From: Candidatus Omnitrophota bacterium | Lineage (GTDB): Bacteria; Omnitrophota; Gorgyraeia; Pluralincolimonadales; Pluralincolimonadaceae | Direction: 5' to 3' | Length of the DNA: 64,000 bases | Assembly (NCBI GenBank): GCA_041651455.1 | Contig: JBAZJG010000006.1 | Span: forward strand, 25,409 to 89,408 | Shown: piece after piece, positions 1 through 10,377 of the stretch | How positions within the stretch are numbered: position 1 is the stretch's first letter | Layout of the letters: the number at the start of each line of letters is the position of its first letter | Position numbers and translations under genes: made by a program | The notes under the pieces: model-generated | Databases searched by the model: none | What the model saw: the letters and a program-made list of their open reading frames with translations, nothing else | Told to the model about the DNA's origin: nothing

Positions 1-326
1 GTCCCGAGCTCGGCGGCTATCGACGCGCCGACCCTTCCCGCGACGACAAGCGCGGTAAGCACGGGCCCGAGTTCCCTCGTCAATGAAAGCGCGACGAGGC
101 TCGCTATATAGAGTTTCGCCTCCATCTTCTGCATCTGGTACGCGCTCTGCAGCGCGAGCACCATGCCGGTAAAGAGGCATGTCAGGAACACTATCGGCAG
201 GCTGTCTATGCCCACCTTTACCATCTGCTCCAATATTGGCTTGCGCTTGAACGGCGGCATGAACGTCCAGAAGACCGTCCTGACCGCAAGGACCGTGATG
301 CCCCCGGCGTAATGCAGGAAACTCAT
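1..326 (-). CDS. mlaE: MlaE/YrbE-family ABC transporter permease, N-terminal part (gene continues beyond window start)
   Basis: Reverse-complement of 1..326 reads from ATG at 326-324: MSFLHYAGGITVLAVRTVFWTFMPPFKRKPILEQMVKVGIDSLPIVFLTCLFTGMVLALQSAYQ..., typical MlaE N-terminus. Not in the ORF track because it runs off the edge. Confidence 0.5.
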   Translation of the reverse strand, partial: MSFLHYAGGITVLAVRTVFWTFMPPFKRKPILEQMVKVGIDSLPIVFLTCLFTGMVLALQSAYQMQKMEAKLYIASLVALSLTRELGPVLTALVVAGRVGASIAAELG

Positions 327-366
327 GAACCGCTCGCCAAGATGTGTGATCCATCCGCTCATTTCG

Positions 367-2163
367 TCAGAACCTCACTTTGTGCTCAACACCGACAAAC
401 TCGTCGTCTTCCTTCATCCTGACCTTCAGGTTAGCCGGCGCACCGAGCTTATACTCGAGTTCCATCTCATCGGTGCCGGGCCTGTACTGCTCTCCGTTCT
501 GCGCTTCGTACGTCTTGAAATTGACCCTGAACTGCTCATTAAGGTTAGCGCCCGTGACGTATTCATCCCCGACCGGCGTCTTCGTCACTGCGGCACCCTC
601 CCAGACCACCGACTGGCCCGACCTTATCTCTATATTGTTGAACACGCGCGGAGTGCCTATATCCGCCGTATTTATGCTCCCTTCCAGCGTCAGTGCCTCC
701 CCATCAGTATAAACTTTTGAATCGATAAATTCAAGTCTAGATCCTCTTCCCTTTACGTTGACCTCCGCCGAGTTATAACCGATCACGCTAATGTTCCCGT
801 TAAAGAATTCGAGTTGGGCGTTGATGTCCATCTGCTTGCCGAGTTCTCCGCGGATATACAGGTCGCCGATGACCGTCCCCGAAAGCAGGCCCCTGTCTGT
901 AATGAGGTCCATGAGCCCGCCGAGCTGCGCGCCCTTGAACTTCATGTGGACATCGAGGTCATTCCTGCCTGCCAGGGAGACCGAGGCGTTCATTATCATC
1001 ACATCGCCGTAATTTACGCCTGTCAGCTTCAGGCGGCCGTCCCTGATCTCGAACGCGCCCCTGACTTCCCTGATAGGATCGTAGTTTATTATCGACCCGG
1101 ACGTGCAAAAATCCCCGTTTATCGATACGAGGCCGCCGTCCGCCCCGTAATTCAGCCTGCCGTTTATCTTATAATTGGACATCAGGTCAATGCCGAACGC
1201 CTTGAGGTGGTTCGCGTTGACCTCGAGCGTGAAATCCGGGAGTTTCGAGAAGTCGCCCGATATCCCGAGCCTGCTGACCTCCCCCATGGCGGTCGCGTTT
1301 CCCTTGTCATCCTCGGGGAAAAGGTCGAAATTGAATCCCTTTCCGGCAGTTTGCAACAGGCCGTTAAGCATGGTATTCTGCCCGAACCTGAAATTGTTGA
1401 AAACGACCGCCCCTTCGGACGTCTCGATATTCCCGGCGAAATTAGTGTTCATGCGGTCGAGCGCGTCGAATGACCCGTGGACGAATATCTTGTCCATCAT
1501 GCCTTCGAGCTTTGCCCTTAACGTATATCCGCGGCCCCTGATCGTGCCCTCGAGCATTACGGCCGAACGGTCTACCGGGAACTTTATCATGCCTCGGCCG
1601 GAAAATTCCTGTCCGAAAATATCCGCGCTTATGCTGCCCGACTCGATACCGCTTTCGCTGATCTTAAAATTCCCTGTGACCGCGTCTATTACCCGCATCT
1701 TCCGGGGATTGTAGAACGTCCCGTCCCTGACCGATATCACGGCCCCTTCCCAGGACTGCTCGAAGATCTTCGGTATGAGGTACTTAATGTCCTTTTCCGG
1801 AAAATACACCCCGGGGGAGACAACGGTGATCCTGTCAAGTGAACCATACCTGCCGAGCGCGGCGTCCCAGAGCCGGTAATCGAGCTCTATCGCCTCGGCG
1901 CAGAAGAAGAGCTCCCTGCGGGATTGCGGCTCCGCGGAAGCCGGCAGGAATACCTTCACGTCCTTCAGGACTATCCCGCGGAAGACCCCGCCTTCGAGCC
2001 CGCCTATCTCGCCTTCGAGCCCGATCTTGTCCCTGATCATCTCGAGCGCGGCCGTCTTGAACCCCGAAAAAAACACCCTGCCGTGCAGGTCCAGGAACAA
2101 AAGGGCCGCAAGGATGAGCAATCCCGAGATGACGACGGCCGGGTTAGGCCTGTGCCTCCTCAA
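367..2163 (-). CDS. Hypothetical membrane-anchored beta-rich protein, possibly AsmA/TamB-like
   Basis: 598 aa. N-terminal TM helix, then a long Gly/Asn/Ser/Asp-rich repetitive beta region. Immediately upstream of mlaE on the same strand. Family assignment is a guess. Confidence 0.3.
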   Translation of the reverse strand: MRRHRPNPAVVISGLLILAALLFLDLHGRVFFSGFKTAALEMIRDKIGLEGEIGGLEGGVFRGIVLKDVKVFLPASAEPQSRRELFFCAEAIELDYRLWDAALGRYGSLDRITVVSPGVYFPEKDIKYLIPKIFEQSWEGAVISVRDGTFYNPRKMRVIDAVTGNFKISESGIESGSISADIFGQEFSGRGMIKFPVDRSAVMLEGTIRGRGYTLRAKLEGMMDKIFVHGSFDALDRMNTNFAGNIETSEGAVVFNNFRFGQNTMLNGLLQTAGKGFNFDLFPEDDKGNATAMGEVSRLGISGDFSKLPDFTLEVNANHLKAFGIDLMSNYKINGRLNYGADGGLVSINGDFCTSGSIINYDPIREVRGAFEIRDGRLKLTGVNYGDVMIMNASVSLAGRNDLDVHMKFKGAQLGGLMDLITDRGLLSGTVIGDLYIRGELGKQMDINAQLEFFNGNISVIGYNSAEVNVKGRGSRLEFIDSKVYTDGEALTLEGSINTADIGTPRVFNNIEIRSGQSVVWEGAAVTKTPVGDEYVTGANLNEQFRVNFKTYEAQNGEQYRPGTDEMELEYKLGAPANLKVRMKEDDEFVGVEHKVRF

Positions 2164-2181
2164 ATCCTCTCCGTTCCTACT

Positions 2182-4608
2182 TTATTCGAAGATCAGATGG
2201 TCGACTTTTGCGCCGATCTTAACGGTGCCGCCCCTCTTTATCCTCCCCGAGATTATCTCCTCGGCGAGCGGGTCCTCGAGGAAGCGCTGTATCGTCCTCT
2301 TGATAGGCCGGGCGCCGTATACCGGGTCAAAACCTTTTTCTATAAGGAAATCCGTCGCTTCCTTGTTCAGGTCGATGATTATCTCGTGCTGTTCCTTCAG
2401 GCGGTTCTTCACTTCGGCGACCTCAAGGTCCACGATCTTGTAGAGGTCCTCTTTCGTGAGCGGCCTGAAGACGATTATATCGTCGACCCTGTTAATGAAC
2501 TCGGGCTTGAACGTCTTTTTGACTTCGTCGAGAAGCTTCGTCTTCATCGTCTGGTACGTCATCTCTTCCTTGTCCGACTTGAAGCCGAGAGACCCCTGTT
2601 TCTTGAACGTCTCCGCGCCAATGTTCGAGGTCATGATCAGTACCGTGTTCTTGAAATCGACCCTGCGCCCGAACGAGTCGGTCAGCCGGCCTTCCTCGAG
2701 AACCTGCAGCAGCACGTTGAATACGTCGGGATGCGCCTTCTCAATCTCATCGAGAAGCACTACCGAATACGGGCGGCGGCGGACCTTCTCGGTCAACTGC
2801 CCGCCTTCTTCGTATCCGACGTAACCCGGCGGCGCGCCTACGAGGCGCGAGACGTTGAACTTTTCCATATATTCCGACATGTCGATCTGTATTATCGCGT
2901 CCTCGTCGCCGAAGATCAGCTCCGCGAGCGCTTTCGCGAGCAGCGTCTTGCCGACGCCCGTCGGGCCGAGAAATATGAACGAGCCCGTCGGCCTCTTCGG
3001 GTCCTTCAGGCCGGCGCGCGAGCGCCTGACCGCGTTCGCGATGGCGCCTATCGCCTCGTCCTGGCCCACGACGCGCTGGTGCAGCTGCTCTTCCATCTTC
3101 AGCAGTTTCTCGCTCTCCTTCTCTTCGAGTTTCACTATCGGTATGCCGGTCCATTTCGCGACGATCTCGGCGATATCCTCATCCGTCACGCGCGGGTACG
3201 CCTCCGCCTTCTGCTTCGACCATTCCTTGCGGACCTTCTCGAGCTGGCCCTTCAATTCCCTCTCCTGATCGCGCAGCCCGGCGGCCTTCTCGAAATCCTG
3301 GCCCTTGACCGCGGCTTCCTTCTCTTTCCTGACGTTATCCATCTGCTTCTCGACTTCCTTTATGTCGGGAGGCGTGGTCATCACGTTAAGGCGAGCGCGC
3401 GAACCGGCTTCGTCGATAAGGTCTATCGCCTTGTCCGGCAGGTACCTTCCCGATATGTACTGGTCGGAAAGCTTCGCCGCCGCGATAAGCGATTCGTCGG
3501 TGAACTTGACCTTATGGTGCGCCTCATACTTGTCGCGCAGGCCCTTCAATATCTCTATCGTCTCGTCGACGCTCGGAGGCTCGACCATTATCGTCTGGAA
3601 CCTGCGTTCGAGCGCGGCGTCTTTCTCGATATGCTTTCTGAACTCGTCGAGCGTCGTTGCGCCAATGCACTGTATCTCGCCGCGCGAGAGGGCGGGCTTT
3701 AGTATGTTCGACGCGTCGATAGCGCCTTCCGCGCCACCCGCGCCGACTAGCGTATGCAGCTCGTCTATGAAGATTATTATGTTCTCGGAACGCTTTATCT
3801 CGTCCATCACGGCCTTGATGCGCTCCTCGAACTGCCCCCTGTATTTCGTGCCGGCGACCATCAGCGCGAGGTCGAGTATCACGACCCTCTTGTCGCGCAG
3901 TATCTCAGGGATGTCGCCCTTGATGACTTTTTGCGCGAGCCCTTCGACTATAGCGGTCTTGCCTACGCCCGCCTCGCCGAGAAGCACGGGATTGTTCTTC
4001 GTCCTGCGGGATAATATCTGTATAACGCGCTCTATCTCGTCCTTCCGGCCGATGACCGGGTCTAGCTTTCCTTCGCGCGCGAGCGAGGTAAGGTCGCGGC
4101 CGAACGCGTCCAGGGACGGCGTCTTCGTCTTCGCCTGTGCCTGCTGCTGCGTGAAGCCCGGCGTCGCCGAACCGAGAAGCGACATGACCTCCTGCCTGAC
4201 CTTGTTCAGGTCGAGGCCGAGGTTCGTGAGCACCTGGCTCGCGACACCCTCGCCTTCGCGTATGAGGCCGAGCAGTAGGTGCTCGGTGCCGATATAATTG
4301 TGGCCAAGGTTGCGCGCCTCGTCCGTGGCGAGCTCGATGACCTTCTTCGCCTTAGGAGTAAAAGGGATGTCCCCGGATACGACGGTCGGCGGGCCGGGCT
4401 GGACTATCTTCTCGACTTCGAGGCGTATCGCTTCGAGGCTCAGGCCGAGGTTCTGCAGGACTGCTGCCGCAACTCCCTCGCCTTCTTTTATGAGGCCGAG
4501 CAGTATATGCTCGGTGCCTATGTAATCGTGGTTGAACCTCTTGGCTTCTTCCTTCGCGAGTATTATTACTTTCCTCGCCCTTTCGGTGAACCTAGAGAAC
4601 ATGTTCAT
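2182..4608 (-). CDS. clpC: ATP-dependent Clp protease ATP-binding subunit ClpC
   Basis: 808 aa. Tandem Clp N-domain repeats ([20 protein letters not shown] / [20 protein letters not shown]), two AAA+ modules ([16 protein letters not shown]), UVR motif in the middle. Confidence 0.9.
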   Translation of the reverse strand: MNMFSRFTERARKVIILAKEEAKRFNHDYIGTEHILLGLIKEGEGVAAAVLQNLGLSLEAIRLEVEKIVQPGPPTVVSGDIPFTPKAKKVIELATDEARNLGHNYIGTEHLLLGLIREGEGVASQVLTNLGLDLNKVRQEVMSLLGSATPGFTQQQAQAKTKTPSLDAFGRDLTSLAREGKLDPVIGRKDEIERVIQILSRRTKNNPVLLGEAGVGKTAIVEGLAQKVIKGDIPEILRDKRVVILDLALMVAGTKYRGQFEERIKAVMDEIKRSENIIIFIDELHTLVGAGGAEGAIDASNILKPALSRGEIQCIGATTLDEFRKHIEKDAALERRFQTIMVEPPSVDETIEILKGLRDKYEAHHKVKFTDESLIAAAKLSDQYISGRYLPDKAIDLIDEAGSRARLNVMTTPPDIKEVEKQMDNVRKEKEAAVKGQDFEKAAGLRDQERELKGQLEKVRKEWSKQKAEAYPRVTDEDIAEIVAKWTGIPIVKLEEKESEKLLKMEEQLHQRVVGQDEAIGAIANAVRRSRAGLKDPKRPTGSFIFLGPTGVGKTLLAKALAELIFGDEDAIIQIDMSEYMEKFNVSRLVGAPPGYVGYEEGGQLTEKVRRRPYSVVLLDEIEKAHPDVFNVLLQVLEEGRLTDSFGRRVDFKNTVLIMTSNIGAETFKKQGSLGFKSDKEEMTYQTMKTKLLDEVKKTFKPEFINRVDDIIVFRPLTKEDLYKIVDLEVAEVKNRLKEQHEIIIDLNKEATDFLIEKGFDPVYGARPIKRTIQRFLEDPLAEEIISGRIKRGGTVKIGAKVDHLIFE

Positions 4609-4622
4609 CGGACCCTGTCTCC

Positions 4623-5684
4623 TTAAGATTGATCTTTTAGATTGAACTTCTCGGAAATAAATTCCGCCCTGACGGCGTCCCTCTCCTCCGCGGACAACTG
4701 CTTGCCTTCCTTCTTCTGCAGGTGCGCGGGCTGTATCCGTATGAAAAGCCCGTTAAGCATATCGCGGTCGACGCCTTTTATTATGCCGAGGTCGGCGCCG
4801 AGCCTTATCGTCGAGAGGAAGTTCAGGGCCTCCTCGGTGCTGATGAGCTTCGCGCTCTTTAGCTCCTCGAGCGAGCGCGTTATCCTGTCCTCGAGCAGTA
4901 ACCGCTGGTTCGCGTAAATCGCGCTGCGGGCCGCGTTCTCCTGCTCTATTATCTGCCTTATTATCCTGCCGAGGTTATCGACCATCTCTTCCTCGGAATT
5001 CCCAAGCGTCACCTGGTTCGATATCTGGAAAAAATTCCCGTATGACTCGGTCCCCTCGCCGAATAGCCCGCGCGTGGTCATGCCGAGCTTGCCTATCGCT
5101 TGTATTATCCTGCCGGCCTGCTTCGTCATCACGAGCGCGGGAAGGTGCACCATGCAGGACGCGCGCAGCCCGGTGCCGATGTTCGTCGGACAGCAGGTCA
5201 GGTAACCGACCTCCGGGGAATACGCGAAATCAAGGAACTGCTCGAGCTCGCCGTCTATCCTTCCGGCGAGCTTCCATGTGTCCTGCAGGTTGAAGCCTGA
5301 CTGCAGGACCTGCACGCGCAGGTGGTCTTCCTCGTTGACCATGATGCTTATGACTTCGCGGTCGCTTATGAGGACCGCCTTATGTTCCGGCCGGAGCGCG
5401 TGCTCCCTGCTGACAAGGTGCCTCTCTATGAGCATCTGTTTTTCGAGGCTGTCGAGCTCGCCCATCCTCAGGAACAGCGCGTCCCTGAAAAAATCGATGC
5501 GCCCGTAGGCGGACTTAAAATCGGATATGACCGCTTCTAGCTGTTCCGCGTCCGCCCAGTGCGGGAACGGGTATTTTTTCAGGTTGCGCGCGAGGCGTAT
5601 GCGCGAGGACATCACGATATCGGAGTTCGGGCCGGAGCCCTTAAGCCACTCCCCCGTGCCCGTCCAGAGATCGCCTAAGGTCAT
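4623..5684 (-). CDS. mcsB: Protein-arginine kinase McsB (ATP:guanido phosphotransferase)
   Basis: 353 aa. Phosphagen-kinase active-site Cys motif [13 protein letters not shown]-terminus [18 protein letters not shown] matches McsB. Confidence 0.85.
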   Translation of the reverse strand: MTLGDLWTGTGEWLKGSGPNSDIVMSSRIRLARNLKKYPFPHWADAEQLEAVISDFKSAYGRIDFFRDALFLRMGELDSLEKQMLIERHLVSREHALRPEHKAVLISDREVISIMVNEEDHLRVQVLQSGFNLQDTWKLAGRIDGELEQFLDFAYSPEVGYLTCCPTNIGTGLRASCMVHLPALVMTKQAGRIIQAIGKLGMTTRGLFGEGTESYGNFFQISNQVTLGNSEEEMVDNLGRIIRQIIEQENAARSAIYANQRLLLEDRITRSLEELKSAKLISTEEALNFLSTIRLGADLGIIKGVDRDMLNGLFIRIQPAHLQKKEGKQLSAEERDAVRAEFISEKFNLKDQS

Positions 5685-6166
5685 TTCTTCTCTCCGGGCT
5701 TATTCTCGAGATCACGTATCAGGTCGCGCAATTTCGCGGCTTCCTCAAACTCTTCCCTGTCTATGGCGAGCTTAAGCTTAAGCTGCAGCGTATGCCGGAG
5801 ATCGGATGATTCCGACTTTTTCGCCTTACCCGTATGCCTGGTCGAGCCGTGGATGCGCTTCAGCAACGGCAGCAGGTTCTCCCTGAAAGCCGTGTAGCAG
5901 TCGGCGCACCCGAACCTGCCTATCTTCTGGAAATCGTTGAACGTCATCCCGCAATTTCCGCACTTAAGCACCGGCCCGCCGCCTGGGCCTTTGGCATCCG
6001 GCTCACTCAATCCGGCCAGGAAATCGGCTATGCTGAAATGCTGCTCCATCTCGATGCCCTTCTTCTTGGCGCAGGCATCGCAGAGCTGGAGCTGCTTGAC
6101 CTCGTCGTTCACGATCTCGGTGAACTCGACCGTCGCATCGTTCTTGCCGCAAACCTGGCAAAGCAT
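5681..6166 (-). CDS. mcsA: McsA, activator of protein-arginine kinase (zinc-finger plus UVR domain)
   Basis: 161 aa. N-terminal CxxC...CxxC pairs (CQVCG, CDAC, CGNCG, CADC) and C-terminal UVR motif (EFEEAAKLRDLIRDLE). Overlaps mcsB start by 4 nt. Confidence 0.75.
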   Translation of the reverse strand: MLCQVCGKNDATVEFTEIVNDEVKQLQLCDACAKKKGIEMEQHFSIADFLAGLSEPDAKGPGGGPVLKCGNCGMTFNDFQKIGRFGCADCYTAFRENLLPLLKRIHGSTRHTGKAKKSESSDLRHTLQLKLKLAIDREEFEEAAKLRDLIRDLENKPGEKK

Positions 6167-7038
6167 CAGAACCTCACGCCGTCGACCTTCGTAAGTTTGT
6201 GGAATTCGCTTATCAGTTTCAGCGTCATCTTGCCGACCTTGCCGTCGCCGATCTTGCGCCTGTCCATCCTGACGACGGGGATTATCTCGGCCGCGGTCCC
6301 GGTCAGGAACATCTCGTCCGCGTTGAAGAGGTCGTACCTTGTAAGGACCTCCTCATGGATCGGGATCTCCTTCAGGTGCGCGATATCGATGACCGCACCG
6401 CGCGTGATACCGCGCAGGACGCCGCTGTGTATCGGCGGCGTGAACAGGGATCCGTTCTTGACGATGAATATGTTGTCTCCGGTGCATTCCGCGACATAAC
6501 CCTCGGAATTGAGCATGACGGCCTCTTCGACGCCCGCGTTTATCGCCTCGACCTTGGCGAGTATATTGTTAAGGTAGTTCAGCGACTTTATCTGCGGGTT
6601 GACCGATTCATGTATGTTCCTCTGCGTCGATATCGTCACGATCTCGAGGCCCTTGTCGTAAAGCTCCTGCGGATACAGCTTGATCTTGTCGGTTATGATG
6701 ATGACCGTAGGTTTCGAGCATTTTCTCGGGTCGAGCCCGAGGTCGCCGATGCCGCGCGTGACGATCAGGCGTATATACGAATCCCTCATCTCGTTCTCTT
6801 TAAGCGTCTTCTTGACCGCCTCGACCATCTCCTCCTTGGACATAGGGATATCGAGCATTATCGCGTGGGCGGACTGGTAGAGCCTGTCGATATGCTCCTT
6901 GCATTTGAATATAAGCCCGTCGTATGTGCGGATGCCCTCGAAGACGCCGTCGCCGTAAAGCAGGCCGTGGTCGAAGACCGAGACCTTCGCGTCCTCCTTA
7001 TTGTAAAACTTCCCGTCGATGTAGATCTTAAGTGCCAT
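6166..7038 (-). CDS. ilvE: Branched-chain amino acid aminotransferase (fold type IV)
   Basis: 290 aa. GDGVFEGIRTYDG, FTPPIHSGVLRGITR, LTGTAAEIIPV align with E. coli IlvE. Confidence 0.75.
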   Translation of the reverse strand: MALKIYIDGKFYNKEDAKVSVFDHGLLYGDGVFEGIRTYDGLIFKCKEHIDRLYQSAHAIMLDIPMSKEEMVEAVKKTLKENEMRDSYIRLIVTRGIGDLGLDPRKCSKPTVIIITDKIKLYPQELYDKGLEIVTISTQRNIHESVNPQIKSLNYLNNILAKVEAINAGVEEAVMLNSEGYVAECTGDNIFIVKNGSLFTPPIHSGVLRGITRGAVIDIAHLKEIPIHEEVLTRYDLFNADEMFLTGTAAEIIPVVRMDRRKIGDGKVGKMTLKLISEFHKLTKVDGVRF

Positions 7039-7055
7039 GATTATCTTCTCCTTGA

Positions 7056-7727
7056 TTATACTATTACTCCGTCCTTTATGTGCACGACCCGGCGGGCCTC
7101 TTCGGCTATGCCGGCGTCGTGGGTCACTATTACCAACGTCATTTTACGCTTTTTATTCAATTCCCACAACAACTCAATTATATTCCTGCCCGTATCGGAA
7201 TCGAGGTTTCCGGTCGGCTCATCGCAGAGCAAAAGCTCCGGCTCGTTGGCCAGCGCCCGCGCGATCGCGACCCTCTGCTGTTCGCCCCCGGAAAGTTGGC
7301 CGGGCTTGTGGCGCATACGGTCGGCGAGCCCTACCGCGGCGATAAGCTCCTCCGCCGCGCCGCGCGCCCTGCCGCGGGCTTTGCCCGCTATGAGCGCCGG
7401 CAGCATCACGTTCTCGACCGCGTCAAATTCCGGCAGCAAATGGTAAAACTGGAAGACGAAACCTATCTTTTCGTTCCTTATCTTCGCGCGCTCGCCGTCG
7501 GAGAGCGAGAATATCTCCCTGCCGCCGAACCTGACCTCTCCCGCCGTCGGCGTATCGAGGCCGCCGAGCAGGTGCAGCAGCGTGCTCTTGCCCGCGCCCG
7601 AAGGCCCGAGCAACGCGAGTACCTCGCCTTTGCCGGCTTTCAGGTCGACGCCCTTCAGGACTTCCAGCATCCTCGTCCCGTTGCGGTATACTTTGCGAAG
7701 GCCTTTTGCCTCTATCATATCATTCAT
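7056..7727 (-). CDS. lolD: Lipoprotein-releasing system ATP-binding protein LolD
   Basis: 223 aa. ABC ATPase Walker A GPSGAGKST, signature LSGGEQQRVAIARAL, Walker B LLLCDEPTGNLD. Adjacent to the LolC/E permease. Confidence 0.8.
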   Translation of the reverse strand: MNDMIEAKGLRKVYRNGTRMLEVLKGVDLKAGKGEVLALLGPSGAGKSTLLHLLGGLDTPTAGEVRFGGREIFSLSDGERAKIRNEKIGFVFQFYHLLPEFDAVENVMLPALIAGKARGRARGAAEELIAAVGLADRMRHKPGQLSGGEQQRVAIARALANEPELLLCDEPTGNLDSDTGRNIIELLWELNKKRKMTLVIVTHDAGIAEEARRVVHIKDGVIV

Positions 7728-8907
7728 ACCTTAAAGCGTCCACGGTATTGAGCCTCGAGGCCTGCCACGCCGGGTAAACACAGGCCAGGAGGCTTACTAC
7801 CAATGCCGCGATGACTATCGCGGCCACATCTCCTGCCTGTATGTCCACCGGGAACCTGTCGATATAATACGTGTCCTTCGGCAATTTTATGAACTGGTAT
7901 TTCTCGAGCAAGTAGCCGAGGCCGAGGCCTCCGGCCACGCCGAGCGCGGTGCCTACCGACCCTATTATGAAACCCTGCAGCGTAAATATCGCCATCACGG
8001 ACCTGCGCGTAGCGCCTATTGATTTCAATATGCCGATATCCCTCGTCTTCTCCATGACCACCATTATGAGCGTGCTCGCTATGTTCAGGCACGCTACCGC
8101 GACTATAAGCGCGAGTATCCAGAACATCGTGACCTTCTCGAGCTTCAGCGCCGCGAACAGGCTCTTATTAAGGTCTATCCAGCTCTTGACGTAATAGGGG
8201 AATTTCAGTTGCTTCTGCAATTCCGCGCGAAGCGACTGCGCCCTGTAGGCGTCGCCTATGCGTATCCCGAGCCCGCCGACCTTCCCTCCCGCGCCGAACA
8301 ACGCCTGCGCGTCCTTCAGGCCGACGAACGTGAGCCCCGAATCATATTCATAATAGCCGGAGTTGAAGATCCCCGCGACCCTGAAATCCTTATCGGTCCC
8401 CTCAGCCGGAGAAATGACCGATACGGTGTCGCCTATCCTGAGGCCGAACCTCGAGGCGAATTCGGAACCTACCAGCATCCCGCCGTTGGCGGCGCCGAGG
8501 ATCGAGCCGGACCTCATGTAATCCTTGACCTTCGAGACCTTCGATTCCTCTTCGGGAACGATGCCCCTGACGACCACGCCCTGCATGCTGCCGCCCACCT
8601 TCGCGAACGCCTGCCCGTCCAGGAAAGGCGCCACCGAGATTATCTCTGGGCTCGCGGCCTTTACCTTAGCGATGGCCCCGGCCGGGTCATCGATGCCTCC
8701 CTCCTGCTCGACGACAAGGTGCGAGTTCGCGCCGATGACCTTTTCGCGCAGCTCGTTATCGAAACCGGACATTACGCCGATGACGACTATAAGCGCGCAG
8801 ACCCCGACCCCGACCCCAAGGACGGATATGAGGCTAATGATGGATATGAATTTCTCTTTTCGCTTCGCGGAAAAATACCTCGAGGCGATCAACAGTTCAT
8901 AACGCAT
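7720..8907 (-). CDS. lolE: Lipoprotein-releasing system permease LolC/LolE (FtsX-like)
   Basis: 395 aa. MacB/FtsX-type N-terminal TM, periplasmic domain, three C-terminal TM helices. Overlaps lolD. Confidence 0.75.
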   Translation of the reverse strand: MRYELLIASRYFSAKRKEKFISIISLISVLGVGVGVCALIVVIGVMSGFDNELREKVIGANSHLVVEQEGGIDDPAGAIAKVKAASPEIISVAPFLDGQAFAKVGGSMQGVVVRGIVPEEESKVSKVKDYMRSGSILGAANGGMLVGSEFASRFGLRIGDTVSVISPAEGTDKDFRVAGIFNSGYYEYDSGLTFVGLKDAQALFGAGGKVGGLGIRIGDAYRAQSLRAELQKQLKFPYYVKSWIDLNKSLFAALKLEKVTMFWILALIVAVACLNIASTLIMVVMEKTRDIGILKSIGATRRSVMAIFTLQGFIIGSVGTALGVAGGLGLGYLLEKYQFIKLPKDTYYIDRFPVDIQAGDVAAIVIAALVVSLLACVYPAWQASRLNTVDALRYE

Positions 8908-8925
8908 ATTTTTAAGATATCTTGG

Positions 8926-10377
8926 TTACTGTTGTTCCGGTTTCAGCTGCGGGAAGAGTATTACGTCCTTGATCGAATCGCAGCCCGCCAGGAGCATCGC
9001 GAGCCTGTCTATTCCTATGCCGAGGCCGCCCGCCGGGGGCATGCCGTATTCGAGAGCGCGAACGAAATCATCGTCTATCGCCTTCGAGCCTGCCGCTGCG
9101 GCCTGTTCCTCGAACCTGGCCTTCTGTTCTATAGGATCGTTCAGCTCCGAATAGGCGTTGGCGAGTTCCTGCCCGTTGATGAAAAGCTCGAACCTCTCGG
9201 TCAGCTCCGGCTCGCCGGGTTTCTTCTTCGACAGCGGGCAGAGCGCGGCCGGGTAATCGATTATGAAGGTCGGCTTCATGAGCTTAGGCTCGACCGTCTT
9301 TTCGAATATCTTGTTCGCGAACTCCTCGTCGATCTTCGCCTCCCTGATGTCGAGGCCCATATCCTTGGCGACCTTCTTGAGGTCTTTCTCTTTCTTATAG
9401 TCAATGCCCGAATATTTCAATATCGCCTCACGGAACGGTATCCTGTCCCACGGAGGCGTAAGGTCGACCGTCTCGCCCGCATCCCCGCGTTTGACGACAT
9501 AGCCGCCGAATAGGTGCTTCGCCGCGTCGGTTATCAGCTCTTCGGTCAGGTTTATCATGTCATCGCAGTTGCCGTATGCCTGGTAGACCTCTATCATCGT
9601 GAACTCGGGATTATGCCTCGGCGATATGCCCTCGTTCCTGAAGTTCCTGTTTATCTCATAGACCCTCTCGAAACCTCCGACGAGCAGCCGTTTCAGGTAG
9701 AGCTCGGGCGCTATCCTCATGTAGAGGTCGATGCCGAGCGCTTCGTGGTGCGTCTTGAACGGTTTCGCGGTCGCGCCGCCGGGCATCGCCTGCATCATAG
9801 GCGTCTCGACTTCCATAAATCCCTTCGCGTCGAGGAAAGACCTTATGCGCGCGATCATCTTTATGCGCAGCTCGAAGACCTTTTTGACGTCGTCGTTGAC
9901 GATAAGGTCGACATACCTCTGGCGGTACCTAATCTCGATATCCTTGAGGCCGTGCCATTTCTCGGGCAGCGGCTTTATCGATTTCGAGAGCATCGTGAAA
10001 TCTTCCGCGTGGACGGTCGGCTCGCCGGTCCTCGTCCTGAAGGCCTTGCCGTGTATCCCGGCTATATCGCCTATATCGATATTCTCGAACGCTATCCTGG
10101 CTTTTTCCGGAAGTTCGGCGGCCTTTATGTAATTCTGGATCTTGCCCGTGGAATCCTTGACATCGATAAAGCATGACTTGCCGTGGGAACGGACGGCCAT
10201 GACCCTGCCGGCGATGGCGACCTTCAGCTCTTTTGCCGCGGCGTCATCGAAATTTTGCAATAACTCATTGATATTTATGGACTTGGCGAATTTCTCCCCG
10301 TAGGGGTTGATCCCGGCAGCCCGTAAATTATCGAGTTTAATTAATCTTTGTTTGATAAGATCGTTTATTTCTTCCAA
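8926..10377 (-). CDS. lysS: Lysine--tRNA ligase (class II)
   Basis: 483 aa. N-terminal OB anticodon-binding domain and class II core motifs (FMEVETPMMQ, GGLGIGIDRLAMLL). Confidence 0.9.
   Translation of the reverse strand: MEEINDLIKQRLIKLDNLRAAGINPYGEKFAKSININELLQNFDDAAAKELKVAIAGRVMAVRSHGKSCFIDVKDSTGKIQNYIKAAELPEKARIAFENIDIGDIAGIHGKAFRTRTGEPTVHAEDFTMLSKSIKPLPEKWHGLKDIEIRYRQRYVDLIVNDDVKKVFELRIKMIARIRSFLDAKGFMEVETPMMQAMPGGATAKPFKTHHEALGIDLYMRIAPELYLKRLLVGGFERVYEINRNFRNEGISPRHNPEFTMIEVYQAYGNCDDMINLTEELITDAAKHLFGGYVVKRGDAGETVDLTPPWDRIPFREAILKYSGIDYKKEKDLKKVAKDMGLDIREAKIDEEFANKIFEKTVEPKLMKPTFIIDYPAALCPLSKKKPGEPELTERFELFINGQELANAYSELNDPIEQKARFEEQAAAAGSKAIDDDFVRALEYGMPPAGGLGIGIDRLAMLLAGCDSIKDVILFPQLKPEQQ

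Noticed and set aside
1924-3702. 592-aa plus-strand ORF antisense to clpC. Same pattern for 6199..7446, 8209..9513, 13358..14611, 44988..46115 and 59650..61557.
   Set aside because: Arg/Pro/Ala-rich translations with no domain features, each fully antisense to a well-supported gene. These are typical stop-codon-poor antisense frames in high-GC DNA.
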